Shown here one piece after another: positions 37,545 to 53,468 of a DNA stretch of 64,000 bases. The position numbers were made by a program, and so were the translations under genes. Location: the NCBI GenBank assembly GCA_964016885.1, contig OZ024743.1, forward strand, positions 92,008,001 to 92,072,000, given 5' to 3'. A model generated the notes under the pieces. The model saw nothing but the letters and a program-made list of their open reading frames with translations, searched no databases and was not told the origin of the DNA. Each line of letters starts with the position of its first letter. The stretch's first letter is position 1. This DNA is from Eledone cirrhosa (Eukaryota).

Positions 37545-38126
37545 AATATTTATATGTGCGTGGTTTTGTATACCTATGGCAAGTGTTTTGCGTATGCTTG
37601 TGTATGTACGTATTTGCATTGTGTATGCATTTATTTAATTTCTATTACATCTGTATTGTATTTATTTACTTTATTCTTAACTCTGAAGCGGAGATTCATT
37701 CGGTTTCCTAGTTAGAATTTAGTCTACGACTTCAGCTATACCATTTACGTGGTTTTGTCTTTGCTCCACATATGACGTATTATCTTCGTTTTTTCCGTTC
37801 ATTGCCAGAGAACGTCTCTATGACCACCTAAGAGAACATTAGTCTACGACCTCTTTTATACCATAAACGTGGTTCTGTCTTTGCGCGTAATTGTTTTTCA
37901 CCGCTCCTATTAATGACGTATTATATTCGTTTTTTCCCGTGCTTTGCCAGGGAACGTTTCCACGAACCAAAGTATCCTGTCTTCCTCCGGTTGCAACGTT
38001 TTTTGAAATATTCACTTCTAGTTTACAGATTGACTTTGTTAGTTTCAGAAGATCCCGTTAAGGGTGAAAGCAGCGATTCTTTGCTTAAACTTTAATCTGT
38101 TATTTTAATAAATATATATATATATA

Positions 38127-38312
38127 CGTTATTCCGGGTTGAATCGGAGGTAACCACAGTAAGTAAGGTACTCAATACATTGCAGAGTATAAAATTTTTA
38201 ATATAGATGAGATTCTACAGGACTAGAACTGTTTCATTCTTTATGATTCCTGATGATTTCTAAAGAATGAAACAGTTCTAGTCCTGTAGAATCTCATCTA
38301 TATTAAAACTTA
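38127..38312. mobile_element. Fold-back mini-element, family B, with hammerhead core at the hairpin centre
   Basis: Perfect 48-bp arms at 38196-38243 and 38261-38308. Core CTGATGA-TTTCTAAAGAAT-GAAAC at 38250-38273. Tail GTACTCAATAC..GAGTA. Confidence 0.75.
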
Positions 38313-38329
38313 TATATATATATAAAGGA

Positions 38330-38928
<599 letters not shown>

Positions 38929-39254
38929 TCACGTACACAAACATAGACGTACTTATGATGACTGGCAGAGGAAGTCGTCCTACTGGTTGGTTCCTCTGTC
39001 ACCTTTCTAACTCATAAGTTGTGCAAAAGACAAACACTGGAGGTGAATGTGGAGGTGTTGTGTGTAACGTCGGCTGAGCTGGTGATCAACTGGTAAAGTT
39101 ATTTTGAGACAGGTGAAATGGTTCAACAGTTTTTTTCGCAGTTTGTTCCTAATACTTAAACTGGAATTCGGAGTATACTTAAAGGATTACTGTGACTGAT
39201 ATATGACATCTGGCTTACTTCTTTCCTTTCAAGAAAATTCTCCTGTCTCTCACA

Positions 39255-39311
<57 letters not shown>

Positions 39312-39360
39312 ACTCTCTATCTATCTATCTACCTCTCTCTCTATCTCTCTCTCTCTCTCG

Positions 39361-39394
<34 letters not shown>

Positions 39395-39396
39395 TA

Positions 39397-39474
<78 letters not shown>

Positions 39475-39565
39475 TATATCCACAGCCACACTTCCTTCAC
39501 ATACCTTCCCCCTCTCTCCTTCCCTCTCTCTCCCTCCCCCTCTCTCTCTCGATCTCTCTCTCTCT

Positions 39566-39601
<36 letters not shown>

Positions 39602-40207
39602 GCACAATACACACACATATAAATATATATATATATATATACATACATGCACGCACATAATATATAGGTGTGTGCGTATGTGTTTGTACGAGTATGTGTG
39701 TGTTTGTGTGTACGTGTGTACGTGTGTATGGTTGATTGTCTTTGTTCGTACATGTACGTGTATGTGAATGTGAATCGAGAGAAATGGTGAGATAACACGG
39801 GAGTAAGTGTGGTTTCTGTAGTTCGAAGAAGTAAACATACCACCAAACTATTTCTAGTGTGTTTCGTATTTCATTTTATTCCTCTGTAATAAACATTTTT
39901 TACATCATATGCATGCATAGCTGGATTGTATTTGATCAGAGTCGCTCCAGATATGACCGCCCTGTCTTTTAAATGTATATCTAAGATCATATTATTCAGT
40001 CTCCCTTTAACAAGATAGAGTGTGATTTGGTTGATATTTCTAGCACGTTCAGCGACTATATAAGGGATCCACTTTCAAATAAAAACAAAATGTATTAAAC
40101 CAAACCAAATGAGTTGTTCATTTATCGCATCCTCATGACCAGTCGATCTACTAGACACAGCAGTCAAAGATACATACATGCATTCATAAATACACACACT
40201 CTCTCGC

Positions 40208-40510
<303 letters not shown>

Positions 40511-41033
40511 TAAAGTATAGATCGAAATAAATGACTCCATGGACATGAAGGGCTGTATTTCAAATTTACAGAGCATCATTTACAAAATATTATTTACAAT
40601 ATATATTTTAGTAAAATAAAGCAGAGTAAGCAAAAATACATTTAAAGGCAAACTCCATTAGTTTTACATTATAATTAGTAAATTCAGTTATAATTGTTTA
40701 GACCGCGGTTTTGGATGACAAAGAAAAAATACCAATTACCATAATTAAAATGGTTAATTAGTAAATTAAGAGCTTGTCTTACAGAAATATTATAGCCTCT
40801 ACAAGAGAATTTAAATAAATTGACTTGTGTTGGTAACGACGCCAGGATGACGATTAATTTTACAGCTCCAAAACGCACATATATTTATTTAAAAAAACAC
40901 GTGTTTTTACTTCAAAAAGTAGCCGGTTCAGTGTCAAAAGGCTGGGGGTTATGAACAGAGCTAAAATAGCTCGCCAAACGCCTATATATATATATATTTA
41001 AAAGAATAGAGGTGTAACACACGAGTTGTGATA

Positions 41034-42126
<1,093 letters not shown>

Positions 42127-42654
42127 ATAAACTTAACAAAAATAACAAAGAGAGGACAAGACAATGAACGAAAAGCAATTTTTAAAGTGGAAACCTTAAA
42201 AAGTTGTTTTTTTAAATAAAAATACAAACGAAGGACACAGAACTCCAGGGTCATCGGCCGTTGAGGTGGACCTTGGTAGTTTCGACCCCTACCAACGGTA
42301 CTGCTGGCCCACCTGGGATCACAGCGTCTCACACAAGTCAAACGCTGTCTAGTAGAGTAAGAGACGATAGACAAATCATTAATTTATATCAATTAAGTTA
42401 CAATTACACATATATATATATATCACAAGGCAAAGATCAACAACATCTATTTCAAATACTTCCCAAATGTCAGGCAATTGACGGTTTAACAAAAAATGGT
42501 AATGAAATGAATTTTGTAGAAAGATAGTTAAGAAATGTTCTAAATATGGTACATTGGTACATTTATGTGGCTGAAGAAAATATTCTTTAGGAGCTTTTAG
42601 AGACCCCCACCCCCACCTCAATCAATTTGTGTCGTGTTAATAGACAGATTCTCA

Positions 42655-42880
42655 GACCGGATGATGTGTTGTGTCTTTGAGCAAGACACTTTATTTCACG
42701 TTAATCCAGTTCACTCGGTTGTAGAAATGAGTTGCGACGTCACTGTTGCCAAGCCTTAAAGGTCATTGTCTTTTCCTTGTACAACATTGGTGGTGTAAGA
42801 GGAAACTAGTATGCATGGGCGACTGCTGGTCTTCCGCAAACAACCTTTCCCGGATTTGTACATCGGAAGAGAACTTTTAA
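42655..42880 (+). mobile_element. CORE-like SINE body
   Basis: Similar to 29680-29910. Confidence 0.65.
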
Positions 42881-43264
42881 CTTAAATTACTGTTAAGAGT
42901 GTCAGATTTACATCTAATATAATTGTTTCTACTATTGGCACAAGTCCAGCAATTAACCCCGTGTATTACTGGTATTTTATTTTATCGACCCCGTAAGGAT
43001 GAAAGGAAAAGTTAAAGTTACCGATCCTGCCATACATCTAATATAATATGACATTTATAGACCTTTCCTCTACTTTCCGAAGCTGCCAAATCTGTCCATC
43101 TTTACCCATTCCCCCTTTTCTCATTACTTAATTTTGTTTTTATCTTTCTTTTTCATAATTATGTCATTATTAATGGTATTTAAGCCAGCTTAAGGATAGA
43201 AACGCTTTGTTATTTATACAACTCTGAATAAAATGAACTTCTTCCTTTATATATATATCGACAG

Positions 43265-43455
43265 TCGATCGACTTTCGTCAAATCGGACCAAGGAAACAA
43301 TGTTTCCATGGTCTTTCCAATTGCTAATACTATCTATCGGTCGCAAGTCCTGGTAGAAGGAGCATCATGAAATAGAGTGTCTTGCTGAAGGACATCACCC
43401 GGACATCAACTTCACGATTGTGAATCCAATTCTCTAACCACTCAGCCACGCGCCT
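43265..43455 (-). mobile_element. CORE-like tRNA-SINE
   Basis: Paralogue of 38330-38540. Confidence 0.7.
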
Positions 43456-43460
43456 CCACT

Positions 43461-43655
<195 letters not shown>

Positions 43656-43694
43656 AGGGGGAGAGTTTTATTGTAGTACAATAAAGCAATGCTT

Positions 43695-43877
43695 ATTGGC
43701 AGTATCGGTAGAGGGTCGGACGTCATGCTTTGCAGCAAAGAGTTATGGCCCTTTATGATCTGAGTTCAAATCCCACCAAGGTTACCTTTGCCTTTCATCC
43801 TTACGAGGTCGATAAAATAAAGTACCAGTAATACACTGGGATAATTGCTGGCCTTGTGCTAAAGTAGAAACAATTAT
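43695..43877 (+). mobile_element. Meta-like tRNA-SINE (inverted duplicate of 20334-20516)
   Basis: Near-identical sequence, including the TTAGGG flank. Confidence 0.85.
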
Positions 43878-44170
43878 TATGATAGGGTTAGGGTTAAGGT
43901 TAGGGTAGAAACAATTATGATATATATGTATGTGTATATATATATATATGAATTAGAACCCTGTAACCATTAAGCTCTAAGTATAAAGTACAAATAAATA
44001 CTGAGCCGATTAACAATATATAGTAAGAAACACAGTAAACCGTGTGTCCAAAATTACAAGGGTTGAAAAACCACATATGCTTGAAATATTTAACCAAGAA
44101 ACAGACAGAATGACGAAATGAAAATAAAAATATATTATCAAATAATACAAACCGCCTCAATAACCATTAT

Positions 44171-44252
44171 ATCTCTCGGACAGATTATCCCTAATCTGTT
44201 TCGCCCTGAGTGTGTTTGTAACAGATAATCCTGGGCTTCATCAGCGAGAGAT
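44171..44252 (-). ncRNA. Complete type I hammerhead ribozyme motif with stable stem III
   Basis: ATCTCTCG-CTGATGA-AGCCC..GGGC-GAAA-CAGATTA-GGGA-TAATCTG-TC|CGAGAGAT: 8-bp stem I, 7-bp stem III, GUC cleavage triplet. It lies in a (TA)n-flanked insert at 43950-44410. Confidence 0.9.
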
Positions 44253-44431
44253 TGCGATTAAATGCCACAAACACTATATGCCAACGTTCACACAGAAAGA
44301 TGAATTCATCACCTCGTGCTTCGCCAGCCAAACGTGGTAAGCGCGTGTTGAACAGAAATAACAGTCAAACACGCACAACTTAATAGCTCATCCTGTAAGA
44401 GAGCCGAAATATATATATATGTGTATATATG

Positions 44432-44475
<44 letters not shown>

Positions 44476-44476
<1 letters not shown>

Positions 44477-44805
44477 TGTAATATAAGATCAAAAGATAGT
44501 TAAAAGAGTTCCAAGTATTTTATTATGCGCATTTCAAAAACAAATATCATCATGGGATGATATCTGCGTTTTCATCAGATAAAATAGGGATACATGATAT
44601 GAAGCTTGTGAATAGTGAAGTTTTAAATCAACATATCATGTTGATTTAAAACTTCACTATTCACAAGTGTTTTTTAAGCTACATATCATGTATCCCTATT
44701 TTATCTGATGTGAACGCAGATATCATCCCATGATGATATTTGTTTTTGAAATGCGCATAATAAAATACTTGGAACTCTTTTAACCATCTTTTGATCTTAT
44801 ATTAC
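44476..44805. mobile_element. Inverted pair of family D segments, with hammerheads at 44516-44586(-) and 44697-44767(+)
   Basis: Both arms match 20048-20214. The plus copy has CTGATGT in place of CTGATGA. Confidence 0.8.
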
Positions 44806-44832
44806 ATATATATATATATATACATATATATA

Positions 44833-44920
<88 letters not shown>

Positions 44921-44925
<5 letters not shown>

Positions 44926-45094
44926 AAAATGTATGACCCCGACGGCAGAGCTCAAGCTATTGCTGAAATAGCCGTCGAAACGGCTTGAGCTCTACCGTCG
45001 GGTCATACATTTTCCTATTACCCACTCTACTACCCTAAGTATTGAGTACTCTGGTGCGTTATGGTACATCTGGTTCCTTACCACAACTCCTTCG

Positions 45095-45096
<2 letters not shown>
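44921..45096. mobile_element. Family A mini-element
   Basis: Arms AATGTATGAC / GTCATACATT plus the conserved tail. Confidence 0.8.
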
Positions 45097-45180
<84 letters not shown>

Positions 45181-45209
45181 GTACAATAATGTATGTATAT
45201 ATATATATA

Positions 45210-45320
45210 TAACGAAGGAATTCTGGTAAGGAACCAGATGGACCATAACACACCAAAGTCCAGAAATAGCCGTCGAAACGGCTTGAGCTCTGCCGTCGGG
45301 GTCATACTACTTTTTCCTAT
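45210..45320. mobile_element. Family A mini-element, internally deleted, opposite orientation
   Basis: Tail start plus right arm. Confidence 0.75.
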
Positions 45321-45675
45321 ATATATATATATATATATATATCATTAAAGAAAGAAAAAGAGAAAGAGAAAGAGAGAGAGATAATCAGAGAGGTGGAACA
45401 GTGGGGAGATAACAGAGTGCTGCAGAAAACATTACATCATAAATGTTACCTGTAAATCTCATCATCTAGAAGGTTCTTCTCGTCTCATTGCTATATTGCT
45501 ATATTGGTGTATAACCACTGTTATATTGATTACTGACAAGATCAAAGACAGTCATCATATAACCTAGCTTCCTGGACAGTTTTCGCCTGACGAGTTTACA
45601 GAACGAGACTTTGAGACAACGTATTTGATATGTTTTCATGGCGTCTCAGTTTACATCTACCTGTGTTGTTGATTG

Positions 45676-45840
45676 GATGGATGGATGGAGAGAGGAAAGG
45701 AGAGATGGATGGAAGGATGGATGGAGAGAGGAAAGGAGAAACGGATGGAAGGATGGATGGAGAGAGGAAAGGAGAGACAGATGGAAGGATGGATGGAGAG
45801 AGGAAAGGAGAGACAGATGGAAGGATGGATGGATGGAAAG
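45676..45840 (+). repeat. 36-bp purine-rich minisatellite, ~4.5 copies
   Basis: Unit ATGGAGAGAGGAAAGGAGAGACAGATGGAAGGATGG. Confidence 0.85.
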
Positions 45841-46129
45841 AAAGGGAGAGATGGAAGTAGGGGTGGATGGATGAATGTATGGCTGACTAGATGGATGGAT
45901 GGAGAAGGGGAGACAGAAAGAGAGATGGATTGATGGATGAAGAGATGGTTGGATGGAGAGAGGGAGGACGCAAGGGTGGAAGGAATCGATTGGTATATGG
46001 ATACACGATTGAATTGATGAATGGGTGGGAGGGGGTAAGGGGGTAAGAGGTATGGAAGAAGGAGAGGGGATGGTTGGCTGGCTAAAAGATGTATGGATGG
46101 ATGGTTGAACGGATTGATGAAATTAAAAA

Positions 46130-47522
46130 GCTGTCTGTATGGCTGTCTGTCTGTATGGCTGTCTGTCTGTATGGCTGTATGGCTGTCTGTCTGGCTGTAT
46201 GACTGTATGACTGTATGGCTGTATGACTGTATAGCTGTATGGCTGTCTGTCTGGATGTATGGCTGTATGGCTGTCTGTCTGGCTGTATGGCTGTATGGCT
46301 GTCTGTCTGGCTGTATGGCTGTATGGCTGTCTGTCTGGCTGTATGGCTGTATGGCTGTCTGTATGGCTGTCTGGCTGTCTGGCTGTATGGCTGTATGGCT
46401 GTCTGTCTGTATGGCTGTATGGCTGTCTGTCTGGCTGTATGTCTGTCTGTCTGTCTGTCAGGCTGTATGGCTGTCTGTCTGGCTGTATGACTGTCTGTCT
46501 GTCTGTCAGGCTGTATGGCTGTCTGTCTGGCTGCATGTCTGTCTGTCTGCCTGGCTGTATGGCTGTATGGCTGTATGGCTGTCTGTCTGTCAGGCTGTAT
46601 GGCTGTCTGTTTGGCTGTATGTCTGTCTGGCTGTCTGGCTGTCTGGCTGTATGGCTGTATGACTGTCTGTCTGGCTGTCTGGCTGTATGGCTGTATGGCT
46701 GTCTGGCTGTATGGCTGTATGACTGTATGGCTGTATGGCTGGCTGTCTGCCAGGCTGTCTGCCAGGCTGTATGGCTGTATGGCTGTCTGTCTGCCAGGCT
46801 GTATGGCTGTATGGCTGTCTGTCTGCTAGGCTGTATGGCTGTATGGCTGTATGGCTGTCTGTCTGCCAGGCTGTATGGCTGTATGGCTGTTTGTCTGCCT
46901 GGCTGTATGGCTGTATGGCTGTATGGCTGTATGGCTGTATGGCTGTATGGCTGTCTGTCTGTCAGGCTGTATGGCTGTATGGCTGTATGGCTGTCTGTCT
47001 GGCTGTATGTCTGTCTGGCTGTCTGGCTGTATGGCTGTCTGGCTGTATGGCTGTATGACTGTATGGCTGTCTGTCTGCCAGGCTGTATGGCTGTATGGCT
47101 GTATGGCTGTATGACTGTATGGCTGTCTGTCTGCCAGGCTGTATGGCTGGATGGCTGTCTGTCTGCCAGGCTGTATGGCTGTATGGCTGTATGGCTGTAT
47201 GACTGTATGACTGTATGACTGTCTGTCTGCCAGGCTGTATGACTGTATGGCTGTATGGCTGTATGGATGGATGGCTGTATGGATGGATGGCTGTCTGTCT
47301 GGCTGTCTGGATGGTTGCCTGGCTGTCTGCCTGGCTGGCAGGCTGGCTGGCTGGCTTGATGGCTGCCTGGCTGTCTGTCTGTCTGGCTGGATGGCTGGAT
47401 GGCTGGATGGCTGGATGGCTGGATGGCTGGATGGATACCTGGCTATGTGGCTGTCTGCCTGGCTGGCAGGCTGGCTGGCTGGCTTGATGGCTGCCTGGCT
47501 GTCTGTCTGGCTGGCTGCCTGG
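46130..47522 (+). repeat. Complex tetramer-based satellite (GGCT/GTAT/GTCT/GGAT)
   Basis: Seen directly. Confidence 0.95.
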
Positions 47523-49083
47523 CAGGAAGGAAGATGGAGTGGTATGGGAGGATGGTTGAAATAAGGTCAGTGTGATTGCCTGGAATCGTTGAAATGGTAG
47601 AAACCATTAACTGTGAATATATTTGCTGTAGGCTACATCAATCAATATTTCACGTGATATACTGTGGATCTCATTACCGTCTTAACAATATACCTTACAG
47701 CACAGCTAGGGCAGAATGAGGGCAACTTTTACGTCACCATCTAACATTCTGAGAAGTTCCTCCCCATACACACGGAAATGACTCTATACTGTACACTGTA
47801 CACATTAGCAATGTTTCATTTGTTTAATGGTTGTTGCTTTCTCTTCTTTTTTGTTTCAAAACATTTTTGCGCTCAAAACATCGATATCATAAATATCTTT
47901 ATCAAAAGATAAAGATATTTATGAAAACTGTAAGTGACTGCTTGTGCCCCGTTGTCTCTTTGAAAATAGAGTGAAACGATTAAAAAATACATTATTCCAG
48001 TACACTGAAAGACACGCCTTAACAGAAGCTAAGGGGTGTCTCATCGCCAGTAGTCCAACAGCTCGCTAGTCCATAAGTCCCCCTGTTATATACCTGAGTG
48101 GGTAGTCTCGGTACGGCAGCCTGGGAAGGCAACCAAACTAGGATGAAGACAACTCCGAACATGAACTTTCACCGCCTGTGTGTGCCGGGGTAGAGGCGAA
48201 GGCTCGGAGAGTTAACCCCGATAGTAAATCGGGTCGGAAGAGAAATCGGGGCTGTTCGACCCTATTCATCTTGAAGACCCAATGAATAGTTAGAAGAGTG
48301 TTGATTGTGTCAAAGGACCCTGACATTCAACCATGACGATAATATTTATTCAGTGAAGATCAAACATGACCTTCTTTAGATGAGAATTAATTTGTATTGG
48401 TTAAATGCAGTTTTGCTCTGTATTGTCCATTGTATATATTATGTTAGTGAACTCGTGTCGTCAATAATGGTGGCATTAACGTTGAAAGTATTTAATGTTT
48501 GGAGTCCAGGATTGGTATGTCATATATAGCAGAATTATCGAATACATGAACAATCGTACAAACTGAGAAATTTGGATTTTGATAAATTAATGGTTTGCAT
48601 ACGAGAAACCCTATAGCTTATGTTGGTTACTGACTCGTGGATAATGATGATATTTCAACTATTTATTTCTAGGATATGATTATATAATTGTTCAGCATAT
48701 ATGTAGAAATGACATAGAGCATTAAATGTATGAGTAAGTTCGGGTAAATAATTATATCCAGGTACAAATATAAGGACCTTACGAATGGAAAGCGAACTTC
48801 TTATTGTAGCAACATGACTGAGATCAGAAATGCATTGTGTGTGTAAGTTTTTAAGAGTTAAAGGCAGATACATACATACAAATATACATGTATGCATGCA
48901 TACATACATACATACATACATACATACATACATACATACATACATACATGCATGCATACATGCATACATGCATACATACATACATACATACATACATACA
49001 TACATACATACATACATACATACACACATACATACATGCATACATACATGCATACATACATACATACATACATACATATAGAT

Positions 49084-49132
<49 letters not shown>

Positions 49133-49140
49133 AAGATATA

Positions 49141-52100
49141 TTTCTTTATTTACCACAAGGGCGCACAAGAAAAGGGGACAATACAAAGACATGCCGCGGA
49201 TTTTACATACAGTCGTGTAAAAAATATAAAAACAAACAATTACAACAATCGAAATCCCCAATAGGATGGAAGCGCCACAAATGGATTGTTTAATACCCCG
49301 TAGATAGAACAACCCTCAACTTCAGGAGCGTGTTGTACAAGTGCTCCTTTCTTCCTTTTGCTCTCTTCTTTAACCTACAGGCTTATAAACAGAGAAGGCC
49401 CAATCACTCGGGCCATTTTCGCTTCATTCACCCACCTTTCAGTAAATTTACTGGGGTGCAGTGCCTCTCTCTCCACTCTGATTCTCCTTCTAAAGTGATA
49501 CTTAAAGAAGGGAATCAATTGTCCTCTGGAGAGAAAGGCATCTGTCCACAGTCCTCTCAATCTCATCCACCATATAACTTCTTTCACCATAGCCACTGTA
49601 CAGAGGAAAACTGCCTCTCTTTCGTTTTTGAAAGAGACTGGCGGTTTGATCCTTACTATGGACTCGGCAGTCAACTGGATTTGGCCCATACGCGACAGCA
49701 GTTGTTCTGCATAGTTCCACAGGTCGGTTACGCCCGGGAAGTGTACAATTGCGTGTAGGACGGTTTCAATGTCCTGCGCGCATCTTGGACACGTCCTCTT
49801 GGAAGGATCCCTGCCGGGGCGTCCGTGCCTGTAGATCTTGTCACGAACCGGTAGAGCTCCTCGGTAGCACTGCCAGGCCAGAGACCTCTGGAAGTTGTCC
49901 ATAGGTCCCGGGCGGAAAGTCCTACCAAACAGACTGGTGAGCTCGTCGTCTTCGACGCCCAGAGTCTCTCCGAGCACGTCATCGCCCTTGTAACGTACAA
50001 TCCCTCTATAGAATGTCGAAGTGGAGTCTCCACTGATTGCTGTGCCCGCTTGCCAGAGGACTGTGAGCGCCTGAGCGCATTCAATGTGCCAGGCGCCCAT
50101 CGTTTTCGGTCTTTTCTTCACCCAGGACTGCAGCTCCGTTAGCGAGACGAGCTGCGGGAAAGCCTGTCTCACAAACAGTGCCCACACCGGCTGGAGGTCG
50201 GTGAGGAATACCTGGAGATGCCGCAGCCTCAGCGCATGTTTGCGCATCATCAGCCACGGCATTCCCAGCCCTCCGTTGGAAGGGTGCTGACAGCAGACGG
50301 ATCTCCTCACCTGCGGAGCCTGCTTCTTCCACAGAAACTGGAAGAGCATGCGCTCCATCTTGGCGAGGTGTTCACGGGGACAAGGCATGACAGTCAAGCG
50401 GTAGTAGATGACGGACGCTATGAAAGTGTTCGCCACCTCCGCTCGACTTTTCAAGGACAGGTTGCATTCTGCCCACTTCTGGGTGAGCGCAAACACCTTG
50501 GCCGTGACCTCGTTCCAGTTTTTCTCCACCTGGAGGTCTGGACCGAACCAGACACCGAGCAATTTCACCGGTCCGACCGTCCAGCGTCCAACGACGCTGT
50601 CGAACGTCATCGGTTTGCCTCGCCACGTACCGAGTTGCAAACCGACAGACTTGTCCGGGTTTAGTTTTGCTCCCGTCAGCGTATTCTTTCAGTAAATTGC
50701 CGATCACCCCGATTTCCGAGGTGCTCGACACCATTACCGGTTCTAGAGGGATGCCCTGCAACAGCTCCAATTTCCGCAGTAGTGGCTCTAGAGTCAATAC
50801 ATACAGAATGGAGGAGAGAGGGCACCCCTGTCGAATGGAACACGTGATTGCGAACGGCTCCGATAGGTAGCCGTTCACCTTGACCCTCGAGCAGATGCTG
50901 GTGTGCATCGCCTCTATCATAGTTGACTAAGCAGACGACTAATTTGTGATCTGAATAGGCAACCATGTGCATTCGTAGATAGCTTAACATCTCCTTGTCC
51001 CTTTCTCTAATGAAGAACCTATCTAAATACGATCTAGATGTCCCGCTGCTGTTTGCCCACGTCTACTGTGGTGCAGTCGGGAAATCCAGTCGATACCTAT
51101 CGGCCAGTTGGAATTGGCCGATTAAAGTTTTGAGGCTTTTGCACACACACACACACACACCCGACCCCCTCTACTGGGACATGCTCCCAGATAGTCCCAT
51201 CGTGCATCTAGGATACCATTCCAGTCCCCCACTAAAAGTAAGGAGCGAGACGTTCCCAGAAAAGACTCTAGACGTGATTGCGATTGCCCGGTCGGGGCAT
51301 AAACGGCCACCAGTCTGAAGGATCCACCTCCAATAGTGTTCACATCTAGGACTACCAGTCTACCCTCCGGGTCCAAGTGTACTTGCTGCACTTCGACGTC
51401 CAGGTTCTTCCGAAACATGACAGCCACTCCCCCTCCACCTCCTGGCTGACAGAGAGATGCGTAGATCTCAAAGTCGTCGAAGATGAGGGTTAGTTGCTGC
51501 CTGTTGTGGATCCTGGACTCGGTGATGGCTATCACATCCATACCGTGTGACCTAGCGTCGTTTAAAAGTTGGCCCTGTTTCCAGGGCATCCCTAGGCCAC
51601 GCACATTCACGCTTCCAACTCGTTAACTAGCCATGTTGGTGAAGAAAAGTTGGAGAAAAACGACCAAAAGGTGCACTTACCTTTTCGTTTCCTGGAGATT
51701 GGGTTGTTCAATCTCCATTTGGGTGCTGGGTGGGGTGTTGGGTGGGGTGGGGAAACATTTTAACAGGACGCGGTTGGTGGGTTTGTGGCAGGGGTTGCCC
51801 ATGTCCTGTGAACATTTTTTTTCAGGTCATTATAGGTTTCCATAGAAACCCTTATAAGTTTAAGGTGTGGAGACGATTCTACTTTGACGAAAGTTTTGCC
51901 CTCCGTCTCCACCTTGGGGTTTTGGGAGATGACCTCCATCAAACTCTTGTTGTTTGTGTTGATGTATGCGTATTGTTGTTTGTGTTTTTGTTGTGTTGTT
52001 TTAGTTTGTTGTTCGTCCGGGAGTTTTCTTTTTATGGTGGGTGCTTGTGTTTGGGGTGGTGTTGGTTTTGCTGGTAGGAGGATGTTTGACTGTGGTGTTG

Positions 52101-53357
52101 TTTGTGTTGTTGTTTGTGTCTGTGGTTGTGTGTTGGTGATTGGAATTTGGGATTGTTTTGGTGTTGGTGTTGGTAAAAGTACTTTTTTTTAAAGATTTGT
52201 TTGTAAAGGGCAGGAGGCTTTTATGTGTGATGTGCTTGCACATCGAAAACAGTGTGGCTTTCTGCCCCCAGTTATGATGTTGATGTAGTTCTGGTTGTCG
52301 GCCAGCACTCTTTCGGGGATTTGGGAAATTCTTTCTGGTGTCATTTGTGTCAGAATTTCCAAATTTGTGCCTGCCCACCTTTGTCTGGTCGATTTCCTGA
52401 CCGAAAGAATTGTATCACTTTCTGGCTCTATAAAACTGGCCAAGATCCACCGAATGTTGATGTTTGGTGGTATATTATTTATTTTAATTTTTTTAGTTCT
52501 TTTTCCCATGTAAGTAGGGGAAAAGGTGTGTGTTTTTGTAATGACTGGTGTAACAGAATGCTTTTGTGCGAGGGCTTCTCTTATAAAAAGTACCGAAACA
52601 CTTCCATATAGTCTGGCCCTCTGCATAAAATCAATATCCGGCAGAGCCTCTTTCAGGGTTGTTTCAATTTCTCCTTGACTGAGGAATACCGGTTTTTTCG
52701 TTTGATTTGAAACAGTTCTGAAGGTTACTGTCCTTCGAACTGTTTCTCATTTAATTTGCAAGGGTGAGTTTATATGAAATCCACCCTTTTCTTCAAAGGT
52801 TATGAATTGTTTTGCATCGGTCAACATTTGTTTGGAGTTGCTTATGTTGATGTGTTTGTACTCTGTTTTATTTATCACAGTCTGTGCGAATGTTTTTTCA
52901 ATTTTGTTGTTGTTGGTTTTATCGTTTGTAGTTGTGTCAATTGTTTCAATTTCTGCATTTTCTGTATTTTTTTGTGTCTGTTGTGGGCTGTTATTTTCAT
53001 CTTTTGTTGTGTAAATATCCATTTCTTTACGAAACGAAGTTTTGTTGTTGTTCGTTTCCATATATACTTCTATGGAAATAGAGGGAGACATAACGCTTAT
53101 ATCTGTCTCTTTCCTTCTCTTCTCGCAGTCTAGCGTTCGTTGTAAGTCACACATTGTTAAAGTTACGAAAATTTTTAAAACTTGTCAATTTTTTTAAATT
53201 AAATTTCCGCCCCTGTGGGGCGAAAACTGAGATTACCACGCAGCCGACAATTCAGCCTGGGTGTTAATCTATCAAACAATATAACATTTTACACAATGAA
53301 TTCTGTTTTTGTATGGAAAATTTTACAAAAACTTACCAGCGATCTACCACACGTCCG
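49141..53357 (-). mobile_element. Second Tx1/L1-clade LINE, 5'-complete, decayed
   Basis: ORF1 pieces 53154-52189 contain CFRCASTSHIKASC. ORF2 starts at 51634 (NVRGL, VYAPT, GDWN, SDHK, IRQGCPLS, GGLGMP, CPRC..H). (GATA)n at both ends. Confidence 0.9.
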
Positions 53358-53365
53358 ATAGATAT

Positions 53366-53428
<63 letters not shown>

Positions 53429-53431
53429 TAT

Positions 53432-53468
<37 letters not shown>

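Noticed and set aside
37720-37960. Diverged ~100-bp tandem duplication
   Set aside because: Real but featureless: no structure, ORF or other copies seen.
42240-42295. Permuted hammerhead-like words (GAAAC..GTC..CCGATGA) on the minus strand
   Set aside because: The stems do not close.
46093-47564. 319-aa and overlapping ORFs
   Set aside because: Stop-free satellite, not a gene.
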